Shown piece by piece: positions 45,474-54,675 of a stretch of 64,000 nt of DNA (positions are counted from its first letter, which is position 1; every line of letters begins with the position of its first letter). The DNA lies in the NCBI GenBank assembly GCA_963666735.1, contig OY762926.1:1376001-1440000 (forward strand), read 5' to 3'. A model generated the notes under the pieces. The model did not search any database. It saw nothing but the letters and a program-made list of their open reading frames with translations, and was not told the origin of the DNA. Position numbers and translations under genes: made by a program. The stretch is from Gemmatimonadota bacterium. Its GTDB lineage: Bacteria; Gemmatimonadota; Gemmatimonadetes; Palauibacterales; Palauibacteraceae.

Positions 45474-47288
45474 CTAGTCGCTCTCGACCTGCAGGACGGC
45501 GAGAAAGGCCTCCTGGGGGATCTCGACGCTCCCGACCTGCTTCATGCGCCGCTTCCCCTCCCTCTGCTTCTCGAGGAGCTTCCGCTTTCGCGTGATGTCG
45601 CCTCCGTAGCACTTGGCGGTGACGTTCTTGCGCAGCGCCTTCACCGTCGTCCTCGCGATCACGTCCCGCCCGATCGCCGCCTGGATCGCCACGTCGAAGA
45701 GTTGCCGCGGGATGAGTTCCTTGAGCTTGCGGGCCATCTTCTGCCCGAAATCGTAGGCCCGGCTCCGGTGCACGATGACGCTCAGTGCGTCCACGGACGC
45801 CCCGTTGAGGAGGATATCCAGCTTCACCAGGTCCGAACGCTCGTGGCCCGTCACCTCGTAGTCGAGCGAAGCGTATCCGCGCGAGACGGACTTCAGCTTG
45901 TCGTAGAAGTCGAGCACGATCTCGCCCAGGGGCATCGAATAGGAGATCTCGACCCGGGTGGGATCCAGATACTGGAGGTCGACGTACTTCCCGCGCCGAT
46001 CATGGCAAATCTTCTGGATCGCGCCGATGTACTCGGCCGGCGACACGACGCGAACCCGGACGAAGGGCTCCCGCACTTCGCTGATGTGGACGCGGTCCGG
46101 CATCTTCGACGGGTTTTCGAGCTGGACCTCGTCGTCGTTCGTGAGCGTCACCTGGTACTCCACGCTGGGCAGCGTCGTGATGAGGTCGACGCCGAACTCC
46201 CGGTCCAGCCGCTCCTGTACGATCTCCAGGTGGAGGAGCCCCAGGAAGCCGCACCGGAACCCGAAGCCGAGCGCGCCCGATGTCTCCGGCTCGTAGTTGA
46301 GGCTGGCGTCGTTCAACTGGAGCTTTTCGAGCGCCTCGCGGAGTTCCTCGAACTGGTCGGAGTCCGTCGGATAGACGCCGGCGAAGACCATCGGCTTCGC
46401 TTCCCGGTAGCCGGGGAGGACCTCCGCGGCGCGATCTCGGGCGTCCAGCACCGTGTCGCCGACCCGCGTATGGCCCACGTTCTTGATCTGGGCCGTGAGA
46501 TACCCGACCTCCCCGCAGCGGAGGGCGCCGGCGCGCTCGAACCCGAGTCGCATGAAGCCGACCTCGTCGACCTCGTAGACCGCCTCGTGGCGTCCGAAGC
46601 CGATGCGCATGCCCTCGCGCAGTTCGCCATCCACGACGCGCAGCATGGGCATCGCCCCGCGATAGCGGTCGTACTGCGAGTCGAAGATGAGCGCTCGCAG
46701 CGGCGCCCCGGGGTCTCCGTCCGGGGCCGGGATGCGCTCGACGATGGCGTCGAGGACCGCGTCGATCCCCGTCCCTTCCTTCGCGGAGACCTGGATCGTC
46801 GAGGCGGGATCCACACCGATCAACTCCGAGATCTCCGCCGCGGCACGTTTCGGGTCGGCCGCGGGGAGGTCGATCTTGTTGATCACGGGGACGACCTCGA
46901 GATCCGCCTCGAGCGCGAGGAAGAGGTTCGCGAGCGTCTGCGCCTCGATGCCCTGAGTCGCGTCGACGACGAGGAGGGCCCCCTCGCACGCGGCGAGACT
47001 CCGGCTCACCTCGTAGGCGAAGTCGACGTGCCCCGGCGTGTCGATGAGGTTGAGCTGATACTCAACCCCGTCCCGGTATCCGTAGGCCATGCGAATCGCG
47101 TTGAGCTTGATCGTGATCCCGCGCTCGCGCTCGAGTTCCATCGAGTCGAGGACCTGTTTCCGCATCCGGCGCGCGTCCACGGTGCCGGTACGCTCGAGCA
47201 GCCGGTCGGCCAGCGTCGACTTCCCGTGGTCGATGTGCGCGATGATGGAGAAATTCCGGATGCGCTCCGTGCTCCGGGGCGCGGTCAC
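45474..47288 (-). CDS. lepA: Elongation factor 4
   Basis: [41 protein letters not shown] 47288. Confidence 0.98.
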   Translation of the reverse strand: MTAPRSTERIRNFSIIAHIDHGKSTLADRLLERTGTVDARRMRKQVLDSMELERERGITIKLNAIRMAYGYRDGVEYQLNLIDTPGHVDFAYEVSRSLAACEGALLVVDATQGIEAQTLANLFLALEADLEVVPVINKIDLPAADPKRAAAEISELIGVDPASTIQVSAKEGTGIDAVLDAIVERIPAPDGDPGAPLRALIFDSQYDRYRGAMPMLRVVDGELREGMRIGFGRHEAVYEVDEVGFMRLGFERAGALRCGEVGYLTAQIKNVGHTRVGDTVLDARDRAAEVLPGYREAKPMVFAGVYPTDSDQFEELREALEKLQLNDASLNYEPETSGALGFGFRCGFLGLLHLEIVQERLDREFGVDLITTLPSVEYQVTLTNDDEVQLENPSKMPDRVHISEVREPFVRVRVVSPAEYIGAIQKICHDRRGKYVDLQYLDPTRVEISYSMPLGEIVLDFYDKLKSVSRGYASLDYEVTGHERSDLVKLDILLNGASVDALSVIVHRSRAYDFGQKMARKLKELIPRQLFDVAIQAAIGRDVIARTTVKALRKNVTAKCYGGDITRKRKLLEKQREGKRRMKQVGSVEIPQEAFLAVLQVESD

Positions 47289-48058
47289 AGTTCCACCACC
47301 AGTCCGTCGTACGCCGGCGTGACGCCGGCCGGGAGGCGCTGTTCGATTTCCTCGTGTCTCGTCCTGTGCGCGATGTGCGTGATGTACGTGCGCCGGGCTC
47401 CGAGTCGATGCGCCGTCTCCGCAGCCTCCTCCATCGAGAAGTGTCCGGGATGCGGGTCGCCGAACCAGAGCGCGTTCGTCACGAGGACGTCGACGCCCGC
47501 GAACACCTCCATGGCATCCTCGGGTACTGACTTCGCATCGATCAGGACTCCGAGACCGCCGACGCGGAATCCGTAGCTGCGGTACGCTCCGTGCGGAAGC
47601 GCAACGACCCGCAGCGCGAGCCCGCCGGGCTCGATGATGTCGCGGTCGTCGAAGAGCCTCAGATCGAGTCGCGGCACTGCGGATCCGGGCTGGGAAGGGG
47701 TGTCTCCCCAGATATACGAGAAGCGGCTCCGGATGCCGGCGTCGAACTCGCGCGCCACGTAGAACGGGATGGGCCGCCGCTCCCGGAGAGAGAAGATCCG
47801 CAGATCGTCGATCCCGTGCGCATGGTCCGCGTGCTCGTGCGAGAGAAAGACGGCGTCCAGCCGCTCGACGCCCGCCCGGAGCAACTGAAGCCGAAGTTCC
47901 GGAGGCGTGTCCACGAGAAGACGGGCCCCTCCGGCTTCGATGAGGAGTCCGTGGCGCGTGCGTCGGTCCCTGGGGTCCGACGAGCGGCACGTCGCACAGT
48001 CGCAGCCGATCACCGGAACCCCGAAGGAAGTGCCGGTACCGAGAAAACGGACTCTCAC
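47285..48058 (-). CDS. MBL-fold metallo-hydrolase (PhnP/YycJ-like)
   Basis: [27 protein letters not shown]. Confidence 0.9.
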   Translation of the reverse strand: MRVRFLGTGTSFGVPVIGCDCATCRSSDPRDRRTRHGLLIEAGGARLLVDTPPELRLQLLRAGVERLDAVFLSHEHADHAHGIDDLRIFSLRERRPIPFYVAREFDAGIRSRFSYIWGDTPSQPGSAVPRLDLRLFDDRDIIEPGGLALRVVALPHGAYRSYGFRVGGLGVLIDAKSVPEDAMEVFAGVDVLVTNALWFGDPHPGHFSMEEAAETAHRLGARRTYITHIAHRTRHEEIEQRLPAGVTPAYDGLVVEL

Positions 48059-48088
48059 GGGCCGGGCGTCAGTGGCGGAGGAGGCGGA

Positions 48089-49537
48089 TCACAACTCTTC
48101 GACGCGCATCATGTTGGTCGTGCCGGGGACGTGGAAGGGGACTCCGGCCGTCACCACGAAACGCTGCCCCGCCTCGCCCATGCCCAGCTCGAGGGCCACA
48201 TCCCGGGCCTTGTCGAGCATGCTCGAATAGCTGATTCCGCCGTGGAAGAGGATCGGCTGCACGCCCCACACGAGCGCCAGCTGGTTGTACGTCCTCCACT
48301 GGTCCGTGATCGCCAGGATCGGGACCGAGGGACGCTGCGCCGACACGATGCGGGCCGTGTAGCCGCTCTGCGTGAACGTCACGATGAACGGCGAGCCCAC
48401 GCGCTCGACCGCGATCAGCGACGACGCCGCGATCGCGCCCGATGTCGTCTGCTGGATCTTCGAGAAGCCCTCCACCTGCTTGCCGGCCCGCCCGGTGCGT
48501 CCCAGCCGCTCGTGCTCGATTCGACGGATGATCCGGTCCATCGTAAGGACGGCCTGCACCGGATACCCGCCCGCGGCGGTCTCGGCCGAGAGCATCACCG
48601 CATCGGTGCCGTCGAGCAGTGCGTTCGCGACGTCCGATACTTCCGCCCGCGTCGGCTGCGGGCTCTCGATCATCGACTCCAGCATCTGCGTCGCCGTGAT
48701 CACCGGCCGCGCCCGTTCCTGCGCCAAGCCGATGATTCGCTTCTGGATCATCGGCACTTCCTCGTACGGCAGCTCCACGCCGAGGTCGCCCCGCGCAACC
48801 ATGACGGCGTCGCTCAGAGGCAGGATCTCCGCCAGGTTCTCCAGCGCCTGCGACTTCTCGATCTTCGCGATGAGCAGGCACCCCCGGTCCATCTTCCGGC
48901 GGGTCGTTTCGAGGTCGGCCGGTTGCCGCACGAAGCTCAGCGCCAGGTAGTCGATGACCTGTTCGACGGAGAACTCGATGTCCGCGATGTCCTTCTCGGT
49001 CAGCGCCGGCGCGCCGACCCGCACGCCCGGGAGATTGATCCCCTTCTGGGATCTGAGGACGCCGGCACTGAAGGCCACCGCCGAAACCCACGGCGGGTCA
49101 TGGCAGACTTCGCGGACCGCGAACTCGAAGTGCCCATCGTCCAGAAGGATCCGGGTTCCGGGCTCGGCCTCCTCGGCCAACTCCGGATACGTGGTCGGAA
49201 TCCGTCCGCGCGGCGTGCTGCCCGCGGGGGGATCTTCGCCTTCGGGAAAGAACCAGTACGTGCTTTCAGGCTCGATATCGAGCTGGTCGCCCGGCAGATC
49301 CCCGACCCGGATCTTCGGTCCCCCGAGATCGCCGACGATCGCCACCGGCCGGCCGACCTCGCGGGCCACGTCCGAGATCTTCCGTACCATGCCGGCGGCG
49401 CGATCCGTCGACGTATGAGTGAAGTTGATGCGAACTGCGTCGGTTCCGGCCTCAATCAGGTCGTGCAGCACGTCCCGGTCCCAGGAGGCTGGGCCGATCG
49501 TGCTGACGATCTTCGCTCTGCGGAAACCTGCGCTCAT
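48089..49537 (-). CDS. pyk: Pyruvate kinase
   Basis: KIVSTIGPAS, GPKIR, MVARGDLG, ATQMLESM, PTRAE. Confidence 0.97.
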   Translation of the reverse strand: MSAGFRRAKIVSTIGPASWDRDVLHDLIEAGTDAVRINFTHTSTDRAAGMVRKISDVAREVGRPVAIVGDLGGPKIRVGDLPGDQLDIEPESTYWFFPEGEDPPAGSTPRGRIPTTYPELAEEAEPGTRILLDDGHFEFAVREVCHDPPWVSAVAFSAGVLRSQKGINLPGVRVGAPALTEKDIADIEFSVEQVIDYLALSFVRQPADLETTRRKMDRGCLLIAKIEKSQALENLAEILPLSDAVMVARGDLGVELPYEEVPMIQKRIIGLAQERARPVITATQMLESMIESPQPTRAEVSDVANALLDGTDAVMLSAETAAGGYPVQAVLTMDRIIRRIEHERLGRTGRAGKQVEGFSKIQQTTSGAIAASSLIAVERVGSPFIVTFTQSGYTARIVSAQRPSVPILAITDQWRTYNQLALVWGVQPILFHGGISYSSMLDKARDVALELGMGEAGQRFVVTAGVPFHVPGTTNMMRVEEL

Positions 49538-49570
49538 CCGTGGCCCAAATGGCGTGGGAGGCCACGGTTC

Positions 49571-49900
49571 CTATCCAGGCAGCCGGCCAGCCTCCGAGAG
49601 ATCGGGTCGGTGGGCTACGATCCACTCGTGCATATGCTGCAACTGGCCGAGCGGGAGCCCCTCGAGGGATTTTATCTGCAAGCCCGGGATGATACAGGCG
49701 GCGGCGCGGCGGAGAAAGTAAGCGCGCTGGCGGCGGCGCTGTTCCGGGTTGAGGCTCGTACCGCCGGGGATGTCCGGGATCGGCTCCATGAGGCGGCGGT
49801 AACTGTAGACTTCGCGGGCGGAAAACTCTGCGGGGATCAGATAGGCGTGGCCTTCGAGTTCGAGGGTGCCGTCCGATGAGATGGCAACGGGACCTGCCAT
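49571..49900 (-). CDS. Hypothetical protein (109 aa)
   Basis: Strong AGGAGG RBS and own putative promoter; no family recognised. Confidence 0.7.
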   Translation of the reverse strand: MAGPVAISSDGTLELEGHAYLIPAEFSAREVYSYRRLMEPIPDIPGGTSLNPEQRRRQRAYFLRRAAACIIPGLQIKSLEGLPLGQLQHMHEWIVAHRPDLSEAGRLPG

Positions 49901-49940
49901 GTCCAGCCTCCTTACGCCTTACGTAAGCTGCCAGAGACGC

Positions 49941-50004
49941 AAAAAACCGTGCCGCCGGAAGGTCGGACAATCTCCTCGATTCCCCTTCATCCCAGCCACA
50001 CGGT
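49941..50004 (-). other. Long imperfect stem-loop followed by a U-run (possible sRNA or attenuator)
   Basis: Nested pairings ACCGUG/CACGGU, GCUGG/CCGGC, AAGG/CCUU, AAUC/GAUU, then a U-run. Confidence 0.45.
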
Positions 50005-50023
50005 CCTCGGGCTTCCAGGATCT

Positions 50024-50053
50024 ACTATAGGCTTGAACGTGCCCTCGATGCAA
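50024..50053 (-). promoter_or_regulatory. sigma70-type promoter for the 49571..49900 unit
   Basis: TTGCAT-N18-TATAGT. Confidence 0.55.
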
Positions 50054-50138
50054 ACTTCCCGTCCCGTTCCGCGCCGGGTTCGGGGCCCGGACACCGCCCG
50101 GGGGAGGATCGGGCCGTGACCGGGCGTGGGCGGGATAT

Positions 50139-50168
50139 TTGACGCGCCGCCGCAGCGGCCGCTAAACT
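50139..50168 (+). promoter_or_regulatory. sigma70-type promoter for rpsU
   Basis: TTGACG-N18-TAAACT. Confidence 0.6.
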
Positions 50169-50223
50169 TCGGCTCTGTTGCGCCTACGGGCCGCCAGAGT
50201 TGCCCTGCCAGGGAGGCTTACAC

Positions 50224-50424
50224 TTGCAGTACACGCTACGCGACAACGAAGAACTCGACCGCGCGCTGCGGAAATTCCGCCGCAAGGTCCAGCGAGCCGG
50301 GATCTTCCGGGATATCAAGAAGCATCGGTTCTACGAGAAGCCGAGCGAGGCGCGCCGTCGCAAGATGAAGGCGGCGGAACGGCGTCGGCGTCGGCGTCGG
50401 CGTCGCCAGAAGGCCCGCCGCTAG
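50224..50424 (+). CDS. rpsU: 30S ribosomal protein S21
   Basis: GGGAGG RBS then [16 protein letters not shown]...FYEKPS. Confidence 0.93.
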   Translation: MQYTLRDNEELDRALRKFRRKVQRAGIFRDIKKHRFYEKPSEARRRKMKAAERRRRRRRRRQKARR

Positions 50425-51671
50425 CCGGCAGTTCTCCCCGCAGTCTCGCAGTCTCGGGAAAAGCGGCGTTCGACGTACCCGTCGAGAATCTGCAGGAACT
50501 CCTCCACAATCCCGTCGCCGCGCAGCGTCGAGTGGTGTTCGCCATCGACGTAGACGGGCGCAGTCGGCGCCTCGGCGACCCCCGGTAGCGAGATACCGAG
50601 GTCCGCATGCTTCGACTCGCCCGGCCCGTTGACCACGCACCCCATCACGGCCACGGAGAGGTCCTCGACGCCGGGATAATGCTCCCGCCAAGCCGCAAGA
50701 CGATCCGCAATATGGCTTTCGACGTCGAGCGCCAGCTGCTGGAAGAAGGTGCTCGTCGTCCTTCCGCAGCCGGGGCACGCCGTCACCTGAGGCTTGAAGC
50801 TCCTCAACTCGAGCGACTGCAGCAGCTGCTGCGCGATCCGGACCTCCTCGGTCCGGTCGGCGCCGGGTTCCGGTGTCAACGACACGCGGATCGTGTCGCC
50901 GATCCCCTCCGAGAGCAGGATGGCGAGGGCGGCCGAGGACGCGACCGTGCCCTTCCGCCCCATCCCCGCTTCCGTGAGTCCGAGGTGTAGCGGGTAGTCG
51001 CAGCGGGACGCGAGTTCGCGGTACACGGTCACGAGATCCGGCACGCGCGACACCTTCGCGCTGAGCACGATCCGGTCGGGCTCTAGACCGAGGCTTTCCG
51101 CGGTTTCGGCCGAGGCCAGCGCGCTCTCCACGATCGCGTCGAGGGTCACCCGGTGCGCATCCAGCGGCTCCGCGCGGCGCGCGTTCTCATCCATGAGCCG
51201 GGTCAGGAGCATCTGGTCCAGCGAGCCCCAGTTGACGCCGATGCGGACGGCCTTGTCGTGCTCGATCGCGCAGCGAATGATCGTCGCGAACTGCTCATCG
51301 CGCCGCTTTCGGCCGACGTTGCCCGGGTTGATGCGAAACTTGGAGAGGGCGGCAGCGCAGTCGGGATGGCCGGGCAGGAGGATGTGCCCGTTGAAGTGGA
51401 AGTCGCCGACGAGCGGGACTTCGATCCCCAGGCCCAAAAGATGTTCCGCGATCCGCGGCACCGCTCGGGCGGCACGTGGCGTATTCACGGTGATGCGGAC
51501 GATTTCCGAGCCCGCCTCGCAGAGTGCCCGGACCTGGTCCGCCGTGGCCGCCACATCCGCCGTATCGGTGTTCGTCATCGACTGGACGACGATGGGATGG
51601 GCGCTGCCCACCCGAACGCCTCCGATGTCGACGGACTTCGTCGAGCGACGTGAAGAAGTGGGAGTGTTCAA
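50421..51671 (-). CDS. ispG: (E)-4-hydroxy-3-methylbut-2-enyl-diphosphate synthase
   Basis: [38 protein letters not shown]. Confidence 0.97.
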   Translation of the reverse strand: MNTPTSSRRSTKSVDIGGVRVGSAHPIVVQSMTNTDTADVAATADQVRALCEAGSEIVRITVNTPRAARAVPRIAEHLLGLGIEVPLVGDFHFNGHILLPGHPDCAAALSKFRINPGNVGRKRRDEQFATIIRCAIEHDKAVRIGVNWGSLDQMLLTRLMDENARRAEPLDAHRVTLDAIVESALASAETAESLGLEPDRIVLSAKVSRVPDLVTVYRELASRCDYPLHLGLTEAGMGRKGTVASSAALAILLSEGIGDTIRVSLTPEPGADRTEEVRIAQQLLQSLELRSFKPQVTACPGCGRTTSTFFQQLALDVESHIADRLAAWREHYPGVEDLSVAVMGCVVNGPGESKHADLGISLPGVAEAPTAPVYVDGEHHSTLRGDGIVEEFLQILDGYVERRFSRDCETAGRTAG

Positions 51672-51701
51672 GGGCTTACTGCTGTGGATGAACCGGTGGC
51701 G

Positions 51702-54341
51702 TCAACCGCACTCGCTGTAGCCGCAAGCGTAGCACTTCGCGCAGCCTTCCTCAAAGGCGAGGCTGCTGCCGCACTCCGAGCACGCTCCGAGGAAGAGCCG
51801 GGCCGCCGACTCCTGGTAACGTTCGATCACGGGGCGCTGCGCCGACCGGGCACCCCCGTTCGTGTTCTTGCTCCGAGCGGTTTCGACATCCTCGATGGGA
51901 AGCGTCTGCTGAATTCCCTCCTTCTCCTCGAGGTAGCGTTCGATGACCTGAGCGATCGCGTCGGGGCCGGACAGCACCTTGCTCGCCCCGAGTCCGACGG
52001 CCCGGTCGGAAGAAATCCCGCGCAACTGCTTGTGCACATCGCGCAGCGAGATCCCCGAGCGCAGGGCGAGCGAACACAGCCGTCCGATGGCTTCGGCATC
52101 CGCCATCGCCGCTCCCCCCGTCTTGCCGAGGGCGACGAAAACCTCGAACGGACGACCCTGATCATCCTCGTTGATCGTCACATACATCGTACCCAGCGGC
52201 GACTCGATCTGCCGGGTGTGGCCTCGCAGAACCTTGGGCCGCTGCCGCCTCTCGACGCGGCGCATTCTGGAACCTTCGAGTTCGGTGATCCGCCGCTGAT
52301 TCTTCTCGACGGCATTCTCGAGCTTCCGGTTGTGCGCACGCAGTTCGCCGTTCTGCGTCTCCGCGTCGGCGAGCCGGGTCAGCGTGTCCGCGAGATCTCC
52401 GGCAAGTTCGGGCTCCACGTCGACGGCTTCGAGCCGGACTCCGTCCGCGGCAACGGCCGAGCCGCTCTCGCTCGTCTGACGCTGGACATCCTTCGCCGTC
52501 GAGCCTGTCGACAGCACCTGCTCGTCACGCGACCCATCGCGGTAGACGGTGACCCCCTTGCACCGCAACTCGTACGCCATCTCGTAGATCTTGCGCACGT
52601 CCTCCTCCGTGGCGGTCGTCGCAAAATTGCACGTCTTCGAGATGGCGGAGTCGCAGTGCGCCTGAAACGCCGCCTGCATGCGGATGTGCTGCTCGGGCGG
52701 AACATCGTGCGCCGTGACGAAGATCCCCTGGACATCCCCCGGCACTTCATCGAAGTGGATGTGGCCCTCGTCGGCGATGCGCTGCATCAGCTCCTCGGAG
52801 TACCAACCCCCTTCCTTCGCACGGCGCACGAAGTCCGGATTCACATCCGGCATCAGCACGCCTGCCTGATTCCTCATGAATGCGACCGCGAACAACGGCT
52901 CGATCCCACTTGAACACCCCGCAATGATCGAGATGGTCCCTGTCGGAGCGACCGTCGTCAGGTTGCAGTTGCGGAGCCGGCGTTCCGGGCGGATCCGGTG
53001 GCCGTCGGCGTCCCGCGCGCACGTCTCGTCGGGACCCCAGATCGATCGCTCCCACTCGGGAAAGACGCCGCGCTCGGCGGCCAGCCGTTCGGACTCGACC
53101 TTGGACTCCTCGTCGACGAACTTCATCAACTCGCGCGCGAGTTCGACGGCGCGCTCGGAGCCGTAGGGTTCGCCGATCCTTACGAGCAGGTCGGCCCATC
53201 CCATGATTCCGAGACCGACGCGGCGGATCCGCTGCGACAGGTCTTCGATTTTCGGGAGCGGATAGCGGTTGGCATCGATGACGTTGTCGAGGAAACGAGT
53301 CGATGCGTGGACGGCCCTTCCGAGCCCGTCCCAGTCGATCCGACCCTGATCGTCGACGAAGTAGCCGACGTTGATCGAGCCGAGATTGCACACGTCGTAG
53401 GCGAGCAGCGGCTGTTCGCCGCAGGGATTCGTGGCTTCGTAGTCGCCGAGGTGCGGGACCGGGTTGTAGCGGTTCGCCTCGTCGATGAAGAAGACCCCGG
53501 GCTCGCCGTTCCGCCACGCGCTGGAGATGACGCTCGAGAACACCTCCTCGGCGTTTAGCCGATCCACGACATCGCCGGTCCGCGGGCTGATGAGATCGTA
53601 GTCCGAACCCGTCCGGACCGCCGCCATGAAGGCGTCGGTAACCCCGACCGAGATGTTGAAGTTCGTGATCCGCGTCTTGTCGGCCTTGCACCCGATGAAG
53701 TGGCGGATGTCCGGATGATCGACGCGCAGGATGCCCATGTTCGCGCCCCGTCGCGTGCCGCCCTGCTTCACGGCCTCGGTCGAGGCGTCATAGACCTCCA
53801 TGAAGCTGACCGGGCCGCTCGCCACGCCCATCGTCGACTTGACGACGTCGCCGGAAGGACGAAGGCGGCTGAAACCGAACCCGGTGCCGCCTCCGCTCTG
53901 ATGGATGAGGGCCATGTCTCGCAGCGTCTCGTAGATGCCGTCGAGACTGTCCGGAACGGGGAGCACGAAGCACGCGGAGAGTTGCCCCAGCGGACGCCCG
54001 GCGTTCATGAGCGTGGGGCTGTTCGGCTCGAAGACGCCGTCGGCCATCAGGTGATAGAAGCGTTCCGTGCATTCGCGGATCGCCTCGTCCGTCGCCCCGT
54101 AGCGGCCGTCCTGCGACGCGACGACGTCGGCCACGCGCCAGAAGAGGTCGCGCGGCCCCTCGATGGGTTCGCCACGGTCGTTCTTCTTCAGATACCGGCG
54201 CGCCAGCACCGTCCGCGCGTTCTCGGCAAGTCCGGGCTCGGCGAGGCCGGCCGGCCTGGCATTGGATCCCATCCGCATTTCACCCCGCACCGGAGCGCTC
54301 GTCGACGCGCCCTCCCGCACCGCCACATCCGGTGGATTCAT
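51702..54341 (-). CDS. nrdJ: Class II (adenosylcobalamin-dependent) ribonucleotide reductase with TSCPD domain and C-terminal Zn ribbon
   Basis: PNSPTLMNAG, LSACFV, TNPCGEQ, APTGTIS, EEGCAKCYACGYSECG; no adjacent nrdB; start uncertain. Confidence 0.93.
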   Translation of the reverse strand: MNPPDVAVREGASTSAPVRGEMRMGSNARPAGLAEPGLAENARTVLARRYLKKNDRGEPIEGPRDLFWRVADVVASQDGRYGATDEAIRECTERFYHLMADGVFEPNSPTLMNAGRPLGQLSACFVLPVPDSLDGIYETLRDMALIHQSGGGTGFGFSRLRPSGDVVKSTMGVASGPVSFMEVYDASTEAVKQGGTRRGANMGILRVDHPDIRHFIGCKADKTRITNFNISVGVTDAFMAAVRTGSDYDLISPRTGDVVDRLNAEEVFSSVISSAWRNGEPGVFFIDEANRYNPVPHLGDYEATNPCGEQPLLAYDVCNLGSINVGYFVDDQGRIDWDGLGRAVHASTRFLDNVIDANRYPLPKIEDLSQRIRRVGLGIMGWADLLVRIGEPYGSERAVELARELMKFVDEESKVESERLAAERGVFPEWERSIWGPDETCARDADGHRIRPERRLRNCNLTTVAPTGTISIIAGCSSGIEPLFAVAFMRNQAGVLMPDVNPDFVRRAKEGGWYSEELMQRIADEGHIHFDEVPGDVQGIFVTAHDVPPEQHIRMQAAFQAHCDSAISKTCNFATTATEEDVRKIYEMAYELRCKGVTVYRDGSRDEQVLSTGSTAKDVQRQTSESGSAVAADGVRLEAVDVEPELAGDLADTLTRLADAETQNGELRAHNRKLENAVEKNQRRITELEGSRMRRVERRQRPKVLRGHTRQIESPLGTMYVTINEDDQGRPFEVFVALGKTGGAAMADAEAIGRLCSLALRSGISLRDVHKQLRGISSDRAVGLGASKVLSGPDAIAQVIERYLEEKEGIQQTLPIEDVETARSKNTNGGARSAQRPVIERYQESAARLFLGACSECGSSLAFEEGCAKCYACGYSECG

Positions 54342-54394
54342 TGCCGCCCCCGCCTTCCTGTTCACGACCGTCCACAACTCAGGTCAATCCGCAG

Positions 54395-54414
54395 AAAAAA
54401 CCGGCTTCGGCCGG
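54395..54414 (-). terminator. Intrinsic terminator-like hairpin in the nrdJ leader
   Basis: CCGGC-CGAA-GCCGG-TTTTTT on the minus strand. Confidence 0.55.
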
Positions 54415-54538
54415 GACCCGACGACCGCGCGAGTCGAATGCCGGCCTAGGCCGGGAAGCCTGACGGACGCGGAGATCGACTTACCCCGCGCCCACCGTTC
54501 TGGTTCTTCTTGGAAGACCGCTGTGGGCCATCGTGCGG

Positions 54539-54588
54539 TTTTCCACGACTCCACAGCTTTTCCACACAAAACCCGTGTTTTTTCCACG
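54539..54588. promoter_or_regulatory. Cluster of DnaA-box-like sites
   Basis: TTTTCCACA at 54558-54566 (exact TTWTNCACA match); TTTTCCACG at 54539 and 54580 (one mismatch each). Confidence 0.55.
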
Positions 54589-54592
54589 CGCA

Positions 54593-54608
54593 CCGCTATA
54601 TGTGGTGG
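54593..54608. promoter_or_regulatory. NrdR box 2
   Basis: CCGCTATATGTGGTGG vs consensus acaCwAtATaTwGtgt. Confidence 0.8.
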
Positions 54609-54615
54609 CTTCCAG

Positions 54616-54644
54616 ATGATAACTACACCATATGTTGTGGTCAA
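54616..54644 (-). promoter_or_regulatory. sigma70-type nrdJ promoter
   Basis: TTGACC-N17-TATCAT, overlapped by NrdR box 1. Confidence 0.75.
54625..54640. promoter_or_regulatory. NrdR box 1
   Basis: ACACCATATGTTGTGG, 32 bp from box 2 (typical tandem spacing). Confidence 0.85.
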
Positions 54645-54675
54645 GCCGGCGAACCGCGCCTCCCGGGCCTGCCGG

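Noticed and set aside
54530..54645. Possible oriC, suggested by the DnaA-like boxes
   Set aside because: No dnaA/dnaN nearby and no clear unwinding element; NrdR boxes and the promoter explain the AT-rich patch
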